The notes below the pieces were generated by a model. The model was given only the letters and a program-made list of their open reading frames with translations, did not search any database and was not told where the DNA came from. A program made the position numbers and the translations under genes. Below, in pieces: positions 38,786 through 48,280 of a stretch of 64,000 bases of DNA. This stretch comes from an uncultured delta proteobacterium. Its GTDB lineage: Bacteria; Myxococcota_A; Polyangia; Polyangiales; Polyangiaceae. Each line of letters begins with the position of its first letter. Positions within the stretch are counted from its first letter, which is position 1. The stretch lies in the NCBI GenBank assembly GCA_963841435.1, contig CAWJCS010000005.1:32001-96000 (forward strand), written 5' to 3'.

Positions 38786-41692
38786 TCAGAAGCCGATTTC
38801 GGCGGACGCGAGGAACGTGCGCCCGTCCTGGCGAATCACGCGCTGGGTAAACTCGGCGCTGACGGGCAGCGAGTAGCGCCAGTCGAAGGCGTTGTACACG
38901 CCGAGCGCGTAGCTCAGACCGAGACGCCGCTCCGTGCCCGTGAGCACGATGTCCCAGAGCACGAAGGGCGACGTCTCGCCCTGCGGGTCGTCGCCGACCA
39001 CCTCGTAGCGATCGTGACGCGCGCCCTCGACGGTCAGGCGCGTCGCGACGCGCAGCTTCTGCGACAGGATCGGAGCGACCGCCTTGAGGGAACCGAGGTG
39101 CATCGGCGCGTTGGCCACCTGCCGGAACGCGGGGTTCTTCCGGAGGGTGAAAACGTCGCCGGCCGAGCTCGTCGCCAGGAAGCGCGCTGGCGAAAAGGCG
39201 TAGCTTGCGCTCAGCATGAAGCCCTTGCGCCACTCACGCCGGAGCGAAAGCTCACTGCCGAGCGCTGCGAGGGGTGCCGCCGAGTTGACGTAGCGAAGCG
39301 GGTCGGTCTCGTCCCCGGCACCCTGTGTGACGATCAACCGTTCGACGATGTTCCCGTAGACGGTGAGGCTGCCCGAGATGGTCGGGCTGAAACGATGCGT
39401 GTGCTCGATCTCCCCGGAATAGACGACCTCGGGGACGAGGTCGGGACTCTGGATCTGCGTGAAGCCGCCGTCGTTGTAATAGAGCTCGTAGACGCTCGGG
39501 GCACGAAACGCCTTGCCTCCGAGGATCTTGAGGTTGCCGCCCTCGTAGGGCCTCAGGATCAGCGCGCCGCGCGGACTGACCGACGTGCCGAACGTCGAAT
39601 AAGCGTCGAGGCGAGCCCCGGCCGACGCGCGCACGGCCTCGGAAAAGTCGATGTCAGCGTTGACGTAGCCGGCCGCGACCTGGAACGGGTGCGACTCGTC
39701 GAGGTAAACGCCGCTCTCGTCCTCCGCGCGCTGGACGACGTCGACGTGGAGCTGGGCCTCGCCGCCCCCCGTCAGTCTTAGCTCGGGGATGGGGCGCACG
39801 ATCACGCGCTGCTCGAGGCCGAACCACGCCCCGCGAAATCGGTCGAGCTCGACGCCACCGTCCGCGGCGTCGCGCGCGTAGGCACCGCGGAAACGGTAGA
39901 GGTCGGTGCTCAGGCGCGTGAAGCTCTGAACCTTGTCCGTGAGCTTCGGCTCGGCCCGAAGCTCCAGAAAGCCGCGCGTGTCGGTCTGCCGGGTTCTCGC
40001 GTCGCCGACGAGCGTCTCGTAGGCGCCGCTCGGCAAATGCTTGCTGTGCGAGTGGAGCGACCAATCTGCGCTGAGGAAGCGATAGAAGGCGCCGCCGCGC
40101 ACCGTGCCCGCCTGGAACCCGTCGGCGCCCGCGGCCCGTGCGGCGAGCTCGGGAAAGTCGAAATCCTCCCCGCGGCTGCGGGCCGCCGCGACGCTCGTCC
40201 AGGCGCCCGCGTCGGGACCGAGGCGCACGTCACCACGCGCGCGGGCGCGAGCCACGCCGTTCTGGTTCGTGCCGATGCCGACGGATGCGCCCTCGGGCCG
40301 GTGCCGATCGCTGACGACGTTGAGCACGCCCGAAAAGGCGTTGGTGCCGTAGAGCACGGACCCCGGGCCGCGCACGACCTCGATGCGCTCGACGTCCCCG
40401 AGATCGGTGAGCGCGTCGTAACCGACGTACGAAGAGCCAATCCAGTCGTCGTTGACGGGGTGTCCGTCGTAGAGCACGACGATGCGATTGCCGTAGCTGC
40501 CGAGGCGACCGAGACCCCGGAGCCCCACGGTGACGTAGGAGCGATCATCCCACACGTAGACGCCAGGCGTGCCGCGCACGGCCTCGGCGAGCGTCGGATA
40601 GGCGAACGACGTGAGCTCGGCGGTCGGAATCACGGACACCGAGCTCGGCGCGTCCTCGACGGATTCACCGACGCGCGAGGCTGCCACGACCTCCTCCGCT
40701 TGCGTCAGCACGGCGTCGACGTGAACCTCGGCAGAGGGCGCGACGTCAATCTCGCGCTCGATGGGACGGTAGCCGGACAGCGCGAGCTCGACGCGGTGGT
40801 GCCCCACCGGCACCGTGAGGATCGCGGGCGTGAACCCGCTCGGTTTGCCGTCGACGAGAATGAGCGCTCGGGGCTCGTCGGTGCGTAAAACGACCGTGCC
40901 CGTGAGCGGCTCGAGCCGTAGCGAAACGCTCGCGCGGCGGCTCGGCAGCACCGTGACCTTGGCTTCGGCGGGTCGAAAGCCGGGCGCCGTCGCCACCGTC
41001 GTGTACGGCCCCGGCGGCAGCTCCAGCGTGCACGGAAGCACGCAACGCACGGCGGCGCGGGCGTCACCGAGGCGTAGGCTCGCACCGGCGGGGCCAGTCG
41101 CGGCGAGCGTGCCGAGGATCGGCTTGAGCTCGAGCTTCACGTGGCGTTCTGCGCCGACGCCGACGCCCTCCACGAGGACGGTGGCCGGCTCGTACCCCGG
41201 AAGCTCCGCGAGAATACGGTAGGTGCCGGCCCCGAGCCCGAAGGTGCGCGGCGAGTCGCCGCGCGGCCCGAGGTCCTTCCGATCGATGTACAGCGTGGCC
41301 CCAGGCGGCGTGGTCTCCACGCGCACGACGGCGACCCGCTGGGCAAGAGCCGCTAGCGCCGTTTCGATCGTCGAACGAGCGCCGGGGTCGGTTTCGTCCT
41401 CGAGCGCCTGTGTGTAGTAGCGATACGCTTCCGGGTAGCGCTTCAGCGCGTCGTAGACGCGCGCGATATTGTAGAGCACGTTGCGGTTCGGAACGAGGCG
41501 ATTCGACGCGAGGAACCGCTCGAGCGCCGAACGGAAGTCACCGCGCTGGTACGCCTCTGCGCCGAGCGTGAAGAGCAGATCCGCTTCGTCGGCGACGTCG
41601 TCGGCCGCGCTCGGCTTCGCGATCGAGGAGAGCGCCAACACGAGCGCGAGCGCCACGCCGCGAGCCTTCCGCCGACAGGTGCCATTAGCCAC
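38786..41692 (-). CDS. TonB-dependent receptor with N-terminal TPR and three PEGA-like domains (start uncertain: 41692 or 41710)
   Basis: Signal peptide; TPR LYNIARVYDAL..YPEAYRYY; PEGA PPGATLYID and LVDGKPSGFTP; plug DAPSSVSVI and ERIEVVRGPGSVLYG; FRAPSVYELY; ends GRTFLASAEIGF. Confidence 0.88.
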   Translation of the reverse strand: MANGTCRRKARGVALALVLALSSIAKPSAADDVADEADLLFTLGAEAYQRGDFRSALERFLASNRLVPNRNVLYNIARVYDALKRYPEAYRYYTQALEDETDPGARSTIETALAALAQRVAVVRVETTPPGATLYIDRKDLGPRGDSPRTFGLGAGTYRILAELPGYEPATVLVEGVGVGAERHVKLELKPILGTLAATGPAGASLRLGDARAAVRCVLPCTLELPPGPYTTVATAPGFRPAEAKVTVLPSRRASVSLRLEPLTGTVVLRTDEPRALILVDGKPSGFTPAILTVPVGHHRVELALSGYRPIEREIDVAPSAEVHVDAVLTQAEEVVAASRVGESVEDAPSSVSVIPTAELTSFAYPTLAEAVRGTPGVYVWDDRSYVTVGLRGLGRLGSYGNRIVVLYDGHPVNDDWIGSSYVGYDALTDLGDVERIEVVRGPGSVLYGTNAFSGVLNVVSDRHRPEGASVGIGTNQNGVARARARGDVRLGPDAGAWTSVAAARSRGEDFDFPELAARAAGADGFQAGTVRGGAFYRFLSADWSLHSHSKHLPSGAYETLVGDARTRQTDTRGFLELRAEPKLTDKVQSFTRLSTDLYRFRGAYARDAADGGVELDRFRGAWFGLEQRVIVRPIPELRLTGGGEAQLHVDVVQRAEDESGVYLDESHPFQVAAGYVNADIDFSEAVRASAGARLDAYSTFGTSVSPRGALILRPYEGGNLKILGGKAFRAPSVYELYYNDGGFTQIQSPDLVPEVVYSGEIEHTHRFSPTISGSLTVYGNIVERLIVTQGAGDETDPLRYVNSAAPLAALGSELSLRREWRKGFMLSASYAFSPARFLATSSAGDVFTLRKNPAFRQVANAPMHLGSLKAVAPILSQKLRVATRLTVEGARHDRYEVVGDDPQGETSPFVLWDIVLTGTERRLGLSYALGVYNAFDWRYSLPVSAEFTQRVIRQDGRTFLASAEIGF

Positions 41693-41745
41693 GAGGACGA
41701 CTTTCCTCAACGTCCCGTTGCCTTCCACGACCGCCCAATTCGAGT

Positions 41746-43242
41746 CTAGCGTTGTAGTCGAATATCGAGGCTCGGGGGCGCCTCGGTTCGCGGGGGGCTC
41801 CTGCGCGCCGCGGGCACGCTCTTCGCGGGGGCTTTTCGGGCACTCGTGACGCTCGCGGGCGGCTCGGACACCCCGTGCGCCGATGCCCCGGGCTCGGCAG
41901 CCGCGGCGCTCTCCGCGGGTGCCGCCGCGGCGCTCTCCGCGGCGCTGTCCGCGGGCGAGGCGGCCGAAGGGGCTTCCGGAGGCGCCGGCGTCGCGGGCTC
42001 GGCAGCGACGGGCAGCGACGGGCTCGCGGTGGCGCGCGACGGCGCTTCCGCCGCACTCTCCGGGCCGCGCATCCTCAAGAGCGCGAGCACGGCGAACACC
42101 AGGGCCAGCGTGCCGACGGCGGTCAAGAGGACGATCGGCCACACGCCGTGGCGCTGCACGCTCGGAGGCGTGGCGGTCGTCGGGCTCCCCGTGAGGCCCG
42201 TCGGTAGGACGAGCGTCGGCGCGGCGGGCGGCATGAGCAGCGGATCGTCGCCCATCGCCGAGACGACCGAATCGGAACCCGGTCGCGCAGGCGCGGGCGC
42301 GGGCGCGGTGTCGCGCTGGCCGAGCTCGGCCTCGGGCACGGCAACGAGCGGGAGCGGCGCTTCGTCCGTGATGGGGGCGATGCGCTGGGTCATCCCACAG
42401 AGCGCCGCGAGCGACTCACCGAGCTCGCTGGCGGTCGCGAAGCGCTCGGCGGGAATCCGCGAAAGCGCCCGCGCCATCCAGTCGTCGAAGCCCGGCGGCA
42501 CGTCGGGTGCGAGCTCCGACGGCACGGGAATCGGCCCCGTGCAAAGATTGACGAGCACGTCGCCCACCGCTTCCCCCCGGAAGGGCAGGCGCCCGACGAT
42601 GCAGCGAAAAGCAATCACGGCTACCGACCAGAGATCGGTGCGATGATCGACCGAGCGCAGGCCTCGCGCTTGCTCCGGGCTCATGTACGACGGCGTGCCG
42701 AGCACATGGCCGGTGCGCGTAGAACTTTCCCCGTCGGTGTCGTCCGCAATCTTCGCGATACCGAAGTCCACCACCTTGGCGATGTCGGCCCCATCCTCTT
42801 CGTCCCGCATCAAGAACACATTTTCGGGTTTGAGATCGCGATGCACGATCCCGACCGAGTGCGCCTTGGCGAGCGCCCGACAGATCTGCAGGACGACGCG
42901 CGCGGTGTCTGCGGCCGGGAGCCTCCCCACGCGCTCCAAGCGCTTGTCGAGCGGCTCGCCCGAGAGGTACTGCATCACGATGAAGGGGCGACCGTCGGGT
43001 CCGACGCCGTAGTCGTAGACCTCGACCACGTGCTTGCTTTGCAGCTTCGCGGCTGCCCTCGCCTCGTTCTCGAAGCGCTTGCGCGAATCGGCGCTCTGGA
43101 TGTGCTCGGCATCGATCAGCTTCACGGCGACACGGGTGCCGAGCGTCTGATGAACACCTTCCCAGACAGACCCCATGCCGCCGCGACCGAGCAGGCGCGT
43201 GAGCCGGTATTTGCCCGCGATCACCGCGGTTCGGCTACTCAC
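41746..43242 (-). CDS. Membrane Hanks-type Ser/Thr protein kinase with Ala/Pro-rich periplasmic tail
   Basis: [54 protein letters not shown]. Confidence 0.93.
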   Translation of the reverse strand: MSSRTAVIAGKYRLTRLLGRGGMGSVWEGVHQTLGTRVAVKLIDAEHIQSADSRKRFENEARAAAKLQSKHVVEVYDYGVGPDGRPFIVMQYLSGEPLDKRLERVGRLPAADTARVVLQICRALAKAHSVGIVHRDLKPENVFLMRDEEDGADIAKVVDFGIAKIADDTDGESSTRTGHVLGTPSYMSPEQARGLRSVDHRTDLWSVAVIAFRCIVGRLPFRGEAVGDVLVNLCTGPIPVPSELAPDVPPGFDDWMARALSRIPAERFATASELGESLAALCGMTQRIAPITDEAPLPLVAVPEAELGQRDTAPAPAPARPGSDSVVSAMGDDPLLMPPAAPTLVLPTGLTGSPTTATPPSVQRHGVWPIVLLTAVGTLALVFAVLALLRMRGPESAAEAPSRATASPSLPVAAEPATPAPPEAPSAASPADSAAESAAAAPAESAAAAEPGASAHGVSEPPASVTSARKAPAKSVPAARRSPPRTEAPPSLDIRLQR

Positions 43243-43393
43243 TGCTCGCCCTCGTTCTGGGTCGGCCAAGGCGCATTCAGGGTACCGTTTCGAGCGGGCC
43301 GCTGCCACGACTTCGCCGCGGCGCCCCTTGTTTGGGGGGGTCCGTAGGTGCCAGTAGTAGTAGGTGGGCTCCCGAGGGTAGGATTATTGGGGC

Positions 43394-44131
43394 ATGACTC
43401 GCCACTTTCGCTTGGGTCTCCTACTTTCGCTCGGCACGGGCTGCTCGGGCTGCTCGTTCCTGTTCATGGATGCCGCCCCCGAGCACCGTGACCAGCTCGT
43501 CTATTTCGACTGCACGTTGACCGCCGGACCGATCGTCGCCGACGGCACCGTGGGGGCCCTGACGGGCCTGGTAGCGGCCGCAGAGATTTCGACCACGAAC
43601 AACACGCAAGCGAACACGAACGCCGCGGCCTTCGACCTCGCGCTCACCGGCCTGTTCGCGAGCTCGATGGTCTATGGAATCGTACGCACCAGCCAGTGCC
43701 GGGAGGCGAAGGCCGAGCTCCGACACCGGCTCATCGAGCTTGCCACGCGCGACGCCAAGGCCCGCGCCGACGAGGCGCGCCGGCAGAGGGCCGAAGCACG
43801 CGCCGCCCTGGCCGGAAGCAGCGCCACCGCCTCCGGGCCGCCCGAGGAGCTGCCCCGGGCCGCCCCCGCAGAAAGCGGCGCGCTTCCCGAAAGCACGCTG
43901 CCGCCGATTCCACCGCCGAGCCCGGCGCCCACACCGCCCGAACGAAGCGCGCCCCCCGCGACGCCGCCCGCCGGCCCGCCCCCCGCAAAGCCGGCGCCGC
44001 CCACGGCCGCGCCACCCGCGGCTCCGACACCGAAGGCGCCCGCCAAACCGCCGAGCGCCGCACCTCGCGCGCCCGCGCCGGCGAGCTCGAGCGCGCCGAC
44101 GCCGGGGCCCGTCGGCACGGCATCGTTCTGA
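43394..44131 (+). CDS. Hypothetical lipoprotein/membrane protein with Pro-rich tail
   Basis: Lipobox-like GTGC/SGC, two hydrophobic segments, coiled segment; TAGGAT 9 nt upstream. Confidence 0.6.
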   Translation: MTRHFRLGLLLSLGTGCSGCSFLFMDAAPEHRDQLVYFDCTLTAGPIVADGTVGALTGLVAAAEISTTNNTQANTNAAAFDLALTGLFASSMVYGIVRTSQCREAKAELRHRLIELATRDAKARADEARRQRAEARAALAGSSATASGPPEELPRAAPAESGALPESTLPPIPPPSPAPTPPERSAPPATPPAGPPPAKPAPPTAAPPAAPTPKAPAKPPSAAPRAPAPASSSAPTPGPVGTASF

Positions 44132-44201
44132 AACCGGCGCGCCCCGCTCGTGGCAAGGCGGCCCGACCCTGCTGAGGGGGGCAACCGCTGAGCGATGCCG
44201 C

Positions 44202-45542
44202 TCAGCGCGGCGGAAAAGCCGTGTGGTAGAGCGGCACGCCCGCGGGCGCCGGGAACAGTGCGACCCTGAGCTCGCTGTCGAGCTCGGTACTGGTCACGAC
44301 CATGGCGGGTGTCACGGGGCTACCGGGGTCACTGCTCTCGGTGAGCTGGTCTGGAGCGAAGCGGCCGATCGCCGTGCTGCTGTAGGAGATCCAAAGTCCG
44401 CCGCCTTCGTCGAACGCGCCTCGATCGAGCAGCGTGAGCACGCCGACGACGAAGCTCACCTCGGACACGACGCTCTCGTCGCCGCTCCCATCGAGATCTG
44501 CCGCGCTGACCTCGAAGATCACGTTGCCACCGAAATCGAAGCCCCAGAGGTTGCCGCTCGCATCGAAGGCGAGACCGGTCGCGCCGAGATCGGCGCTGTC
44601 GCCGGCGTTGCGCGCCGTCAGGGTCAGATCGGGCGCCGTGGCGTCGGACAAGTGATCCGCGTCGAAGCGCAGGATCTTGCCGCCCGCTGCCGCCCAGAGA
44701 TTGCCGGCGGCGTCGAACGCGAGGTCCTCCGGGTCGTCGTCCGACGCGAGCGCGGCGGAGGATGCCGCGTCGCCCGAGCGAGCGAGCGCGCTCGAAGGCA
44801 GCCTAAGGAGCCGGCCGCCGCAGCCCGCGAGCCACAGGTTACCGGAGCCGTCGAACGCCATCGCCTTGAGCGCGGGGATGCAATCGATCTCGGGCACGTT
44901 GATCTCGCGATCGAAGCTCTTCGTTCCCGAGCTCCCGAGGTCGTCGGCGGGCAGCCGCACGAGCATGGTCTCGGCGAGCGTTGCGCCCATGCTCCAGAGG
45001 TTCCCGTCGCGATCGAAGGCGACGTCCTTGCCGACGGGCGCGTCGCCCACGACACTCGGGTCTATACTGTCCGTCGCCTCGAGCTGGGACGAGGCGAAGC
45101 CGCGCAGATTGCTGGTCCAGAGCTTGTTGCTGCTGGGGATCGCCGCGTAATCGACGGTGACCTCGTGCGTCATGCCGTCCCCGAGGCAGAACGAGCCGGA
45201 GCGGACGACCGGATCGAACACGGTTTTCACGATGGGGTCGTCGTCGACCACGCGCCGCGCCACGACCGTGACGTCGCCGCTGTCGAGGTCGAGCTCCGTG
45301 CTTTCGGTAACCGCGACGGGCGATGCCCCCGCCGGCGTGACGACAACGTCGGCGTCGACGCCCGACGGGAGGTTCACCGTGATGGAGACGGTGCCCTTGC
45401 CGTCCGTGGGGCACGCCGAAGAGCCGCCGCCGCCGCCTTCCCCGGCAGCGCCGGGACCCGATGAGTCGTCGTCGCCTCCGCCGCACGCGGCGAGGACCGT
45501 GAAGATCGTGAGCGCGAGACCGATGCCGAAAGTTTTGTTCAT
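44202..45542 (-). CDS. Beta-propeller (NHL/Vgb-like repeat) lipoprotein
   Basis: Lipobox LAAC; five xAFDxxG(N/G)LW repeats. Confidence 0.8.
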   Translation of the reverse strand: MNKTFGIGLALTIFTVLAACGGGDDDSSGPGAAGEGGGGGSSACPTDGKGTVSITVNLPSGVDADVVVTPAGASPVAVTESTELDLDSGDVTVVARRVVDDDPIVKTVFDPVVRSGSFCLGDGMTHEVTVDYAAIPSSNKLWTSNLRGFASSQLEATDSIDPSVVGDAPVGKDVAFDRDGNLWSMGATLAETMLVRLPADDLGSSGTKSFDREINVPEIDCIPALKAMAFDGSGNLWLAGCGGRLLRLPSSALARSGDAASSAALASDDDPEDLAFDAAGNLWAAAGGKILRFDADHLSDATAPDLTLTARNAGDSADLGATGLAFDASGNLWGFDFGGNVIFEVSAADLDGSGDESVVSEVSFVVGVLTLLDRGAFDEGGGLWISYSSTAIGRFAPDQLTESSDPGSPVTPAMVVTSTELDSELRVALFPAPAGVPLYHTAFPPR

Positions 45543-45608
45543 GAGTGCGTCGGACGATAGTACGGCGGCGTGCGCGCGTCGTCGGCTTTGGCACCTGGCA
45601 AGACGGTG

Positions 45609-46709
45609 TCAGTGCTTCGTCGTGGGCGGCCCGCTGCGCTCCCACGTGAGAGCAGGTAGGCGGGTGTAGGGCGGCTGGTACACCTCGTTGATGAAGTGCA
45701 CCACTTGAATGCCGGCCGACGGCTCATTGCCGGGAGCGAGCAAGAGGTCGTCGAAGAGGCTCTGGAAGTTGAACGAGAAACCAATCGACACGAGCTCGCG
45801 CACGCGCTCCGGCGGATCCGGTATCGGCTTGTAGCCCCGCGTCGCGTAGCCGAACGACACGTCGACGTAGCGCAACCAGCGCAGCGCCTTCTCGCGGTTG
45901 ACCACCTCGAGCGACGCCGGGTGGTAACACAAGAGGTAGGTCTGCCCGGAGTAGTCCTCGGGGGTGTTGAGCGGGCCGTCGGTCGAGAGCGCATGGAAGA
46001 AATCCCGCGACGGGAAGTACATGATCTTCACGCTCACCGCCCGATCGAGCGAGGGCAGGAGCATCAGCGCAAGCGCCGTGCCCTGGCCGCTCAGGTTCGC
46101 GATGACGTCGCCGGCAGAAAAGCCGTAGTTGAAGTGGTAGCCGTCCTTCACCTCGATGGCGCTGAAAAAGGCGGTCGTGAGCAGCGTCGAGCTGATGATC
46201 GAGCCGGTGCGCGAGAAGCCGCCCCACTCGAGGATGCCGGCGAAGCCGCGGTTCATCAGATAGTTCGTGTAGTAGTGACCGAGCTTGTCGGCGCCGCCCG
46301 CGTAGGTGTCGATCCCGAAGGCGCCCTCGTCGAGGAAGACGAAGCCCTTGCTCGCGTTCTTGCGCGACCACCAAGCCGCCGACACCCACGTCCAAGCGGT
46401 GCCGTAGATCGCGCCGACAATCGCCACCGAACCAGCTTTCTTCCACGGGAAGCCCGGGTCGGGGGGCGGAGGCTCACCGAACGGAACGATGGGCCGGCGC
46501 GCCTGCTCGTCGTTTTTCCGTACGGGCTTCGCCGCCACGGCAGCTGTCGCGCTCGATACCGCGGGTCCCGTCGATGCACCCGCGGGCGTGGCGGCGCCTT
46601 CGGTCTGCCCGGGAGCGCCAGCGGGCCCCGTGGCGCCTTCGCTCTGTGCAGCCGCCGGGACGGTGACGGTCAGGCCCCACGCGAGCGCTCCTCTTACCAA
46701 TTTGCGCAT
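45609..46709 (-). CDS. DUF2279/YfiM-like exported protein
   Basis: Signal peptide; GADKLGH, EVKDGY..GFS.GD..AN, EDYSGQTY. Confidence 0.72.
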   Translation of the reverse strand: MRKLVRGALAWGLTVTVPAAAQSEGATGPAGAPGQTEGAATPAGASTGPAVSSATAAVAAKPVRKNDEQARRPIVPFGEPPPPDPGFPWKKAGSVAIVGAIYGTAWTWVSAAWWSRKNASKGFVFLDEGAFGIDTYAGGADKLGHYYTNYLMNRGFAGILEWGGFSRTGSIISSTLLTTAFFSAIEVKDGYHFNYGFSAGDVIANLSGQGTALALMLLPSLDRAVSVKIMYFPSRDFFHALSTDGPLNTPEDYSGQTYLLCYHPASLEVVNREKALRWLRYVDVSFGYATRGYKPIPDPPERVRELVSIGFSFNFQSLFDDLLLAPGNEPSAGIQVVHFINEVYQPPYTRLPALTWERSGPPTTKH

Positions 46710-46873
46710 GCAGGGCCGCCTCGGCAAGCGTCACGCCCCCGGGTAAACGTCCGCTTCTCGGACTCTTCCACGTGAAGCAAGCACGGGCTTTCCTTACCAC
46801 AGCCGGGACCCACGCCCGTACGCGGCCAAAAGGCCGCCTCCACCGGCCGACTGTGCGGCCGCCCGCGTGCCGT

Positions 46874-48280
46874 TCAGAGGATGCCGGCGAGCGGCCCGGA
46901 GTTCGGGTTGCGGTCGCCGACGCCGTCCGTCTCGAGACCCATGGCCTGACAGATCGAGACGAGGAGCTTCGCGTGAGGCTCGTTGTTGAAGCTGAGGAAG
47001 CGACCGGGAACGATGAGGCCGCGCGCGCCGCCGGCGAGCACGAGATTCACGGGGCTCATGCGATGGTTGGTCTGGCCCATCTCGCGACCCCAAACGACGA
47101 GCGTGTTGTCGAGCAGCGTACCGTTGCCCTCCTGCACGCCGTCGAGCGCGGCGAGCAACGCGGCGAATTGCGTCGCGTACCAGGTGTCGATGGCGGCAAG
47201 CTCGGTGCGGTTGTCGCCGTCGAGGTGCGAAACGGTGTGATGACCCTGCGACGAGCCCGCCCAGCTGTGAACGATGGTGCTAAAGCCCCGGCTGAGCTGC
47301 ACGCTCGCGACGCGCGTGAGGTCGCAGGCGAAGGCGTGCGTCACGATGTCCATCATCGCCGAGGTCTCGGCGGGGAAGGTGGCGCTGTTCTCGCGCGAGT
47401 TCGACGCGGCCGCCGCCGGTGCCGTCGTGGGCACGGTGCAGCCGACGGTGGTGGGCGTCGAGCCGATGCGCTGCTCGAGCGCGCGCAGCCCCGCGAGATG
47501 CGCGTCGATCTTCACGTACTCCTCGGAGCCGACGCGGCCGCGCAGGCGCTCCACCTGCGTCATGAGCACGTCGAGCTGAGCCCGCCGCCGCGCGGCCGCG
47601 GCGTCGGTCATCTGCGGCGTCTGGTCGATGGGCGTGCCGAACAGGCGGTTGAAGGCCGCCTGCGGGTTGGTCTCCGGGTGAAGCGGCTGGTTTTCGCCCT
47701 TGTAAATCATCCTGTGCTTGCTGTCGGGCTGCAGGCACTGCACGCCGAGCTCGAGCGTGCGATAGGGCGTCTCCTGGGCCGGGTCGTCAACCGTGCGGGC
47801 GTAGGGTGCCTCGGGTCCGGTGGCGAGCGCGATCATCTGATCGATCGACGGGCCGCTGCCCCAACCCGTGCGGTTGCCGTTGCCGCCGTCGAAGTTGGCG
47901 TCGGCGGTCGGGCCGTTGAGCGTGGCGCCGCTCCACAGGCCGGACATGCCGAACGCGTGCTCCTGACCAGCGCCCCCCGCGCTCATCTTCAGCCCCCAGG
48001 GCACGATGATCTTCGCTTGGTGCGGCGCGAGCGGCGTGTGCAGCGAGCCCAGCGTGAAGGACGTTTCGCTGCCGGTCGGCTTCCAGTCAACGGCTGCGCC
48101 GCCATCATCGATCGAGGCAGTCCCGTCGGGGCTGTAGAAGAGGAGCAGGCGCTTCGGAAACACGAGCTCCTGACCGCTCGCGTTGAGCAGGGGCAAAAAT
48201 GGCGAGAGCGCGGCGCTCGCCCCGAGCGTCTTCAAGAGGTTGCGACGCGAGAGGCCGGGACCAGTTCTTCTGAATGTCAT
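46874..48280 (-). CDS. DUF1552 family protein with Tat signal
   Basis: SRRNLLK twin-arginine motif; PKRLL, SIDQMIA, P.AAFNRLF, AFACDLTRV, HH..SH, EGNGTLLDNT. Confidence 0.85.
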   Translation of the reverse strand: MTFRRTGPGLSRRNLLKTLGASAALSPFLPLLNASGQELVFPKRLLLFYSPDGTASIDDGGAAVDWKPTGSETSFTLGSLHTPLAPHQAKIIVPWGLKMSAGGAGQEHAFGMSGLWSGATLNGPTADANFDGGNGNRTGWGSGPSIDQMIALATGPEAPYARTVDDPAQETPYRTLELGVQCLQPDSKHRMIYKGENQPLHPETNPQAAFNRLFGTPIDQTPQMTDAAAARRRAQLDVLMTQVERLRGRVGSEEYVKIDAHLAGLRALEQRIGSTPTTVGCTVPTTAPAAAASNSRENSATFPAETSAMMDIVTHAFACDLTRVASVQLSRGFSTIVHSWAGSSQGHHTVSHLDGDNRTELAAIDTWYATQFAALLAALDGVQEGNGTLLDNTLVVWGREMGQTNHRMSPVNLVLAGGARGLIVPGRFLSFNNEPHAKLLVSICQAMGLETDGVGDRNPNSGPLAGIL

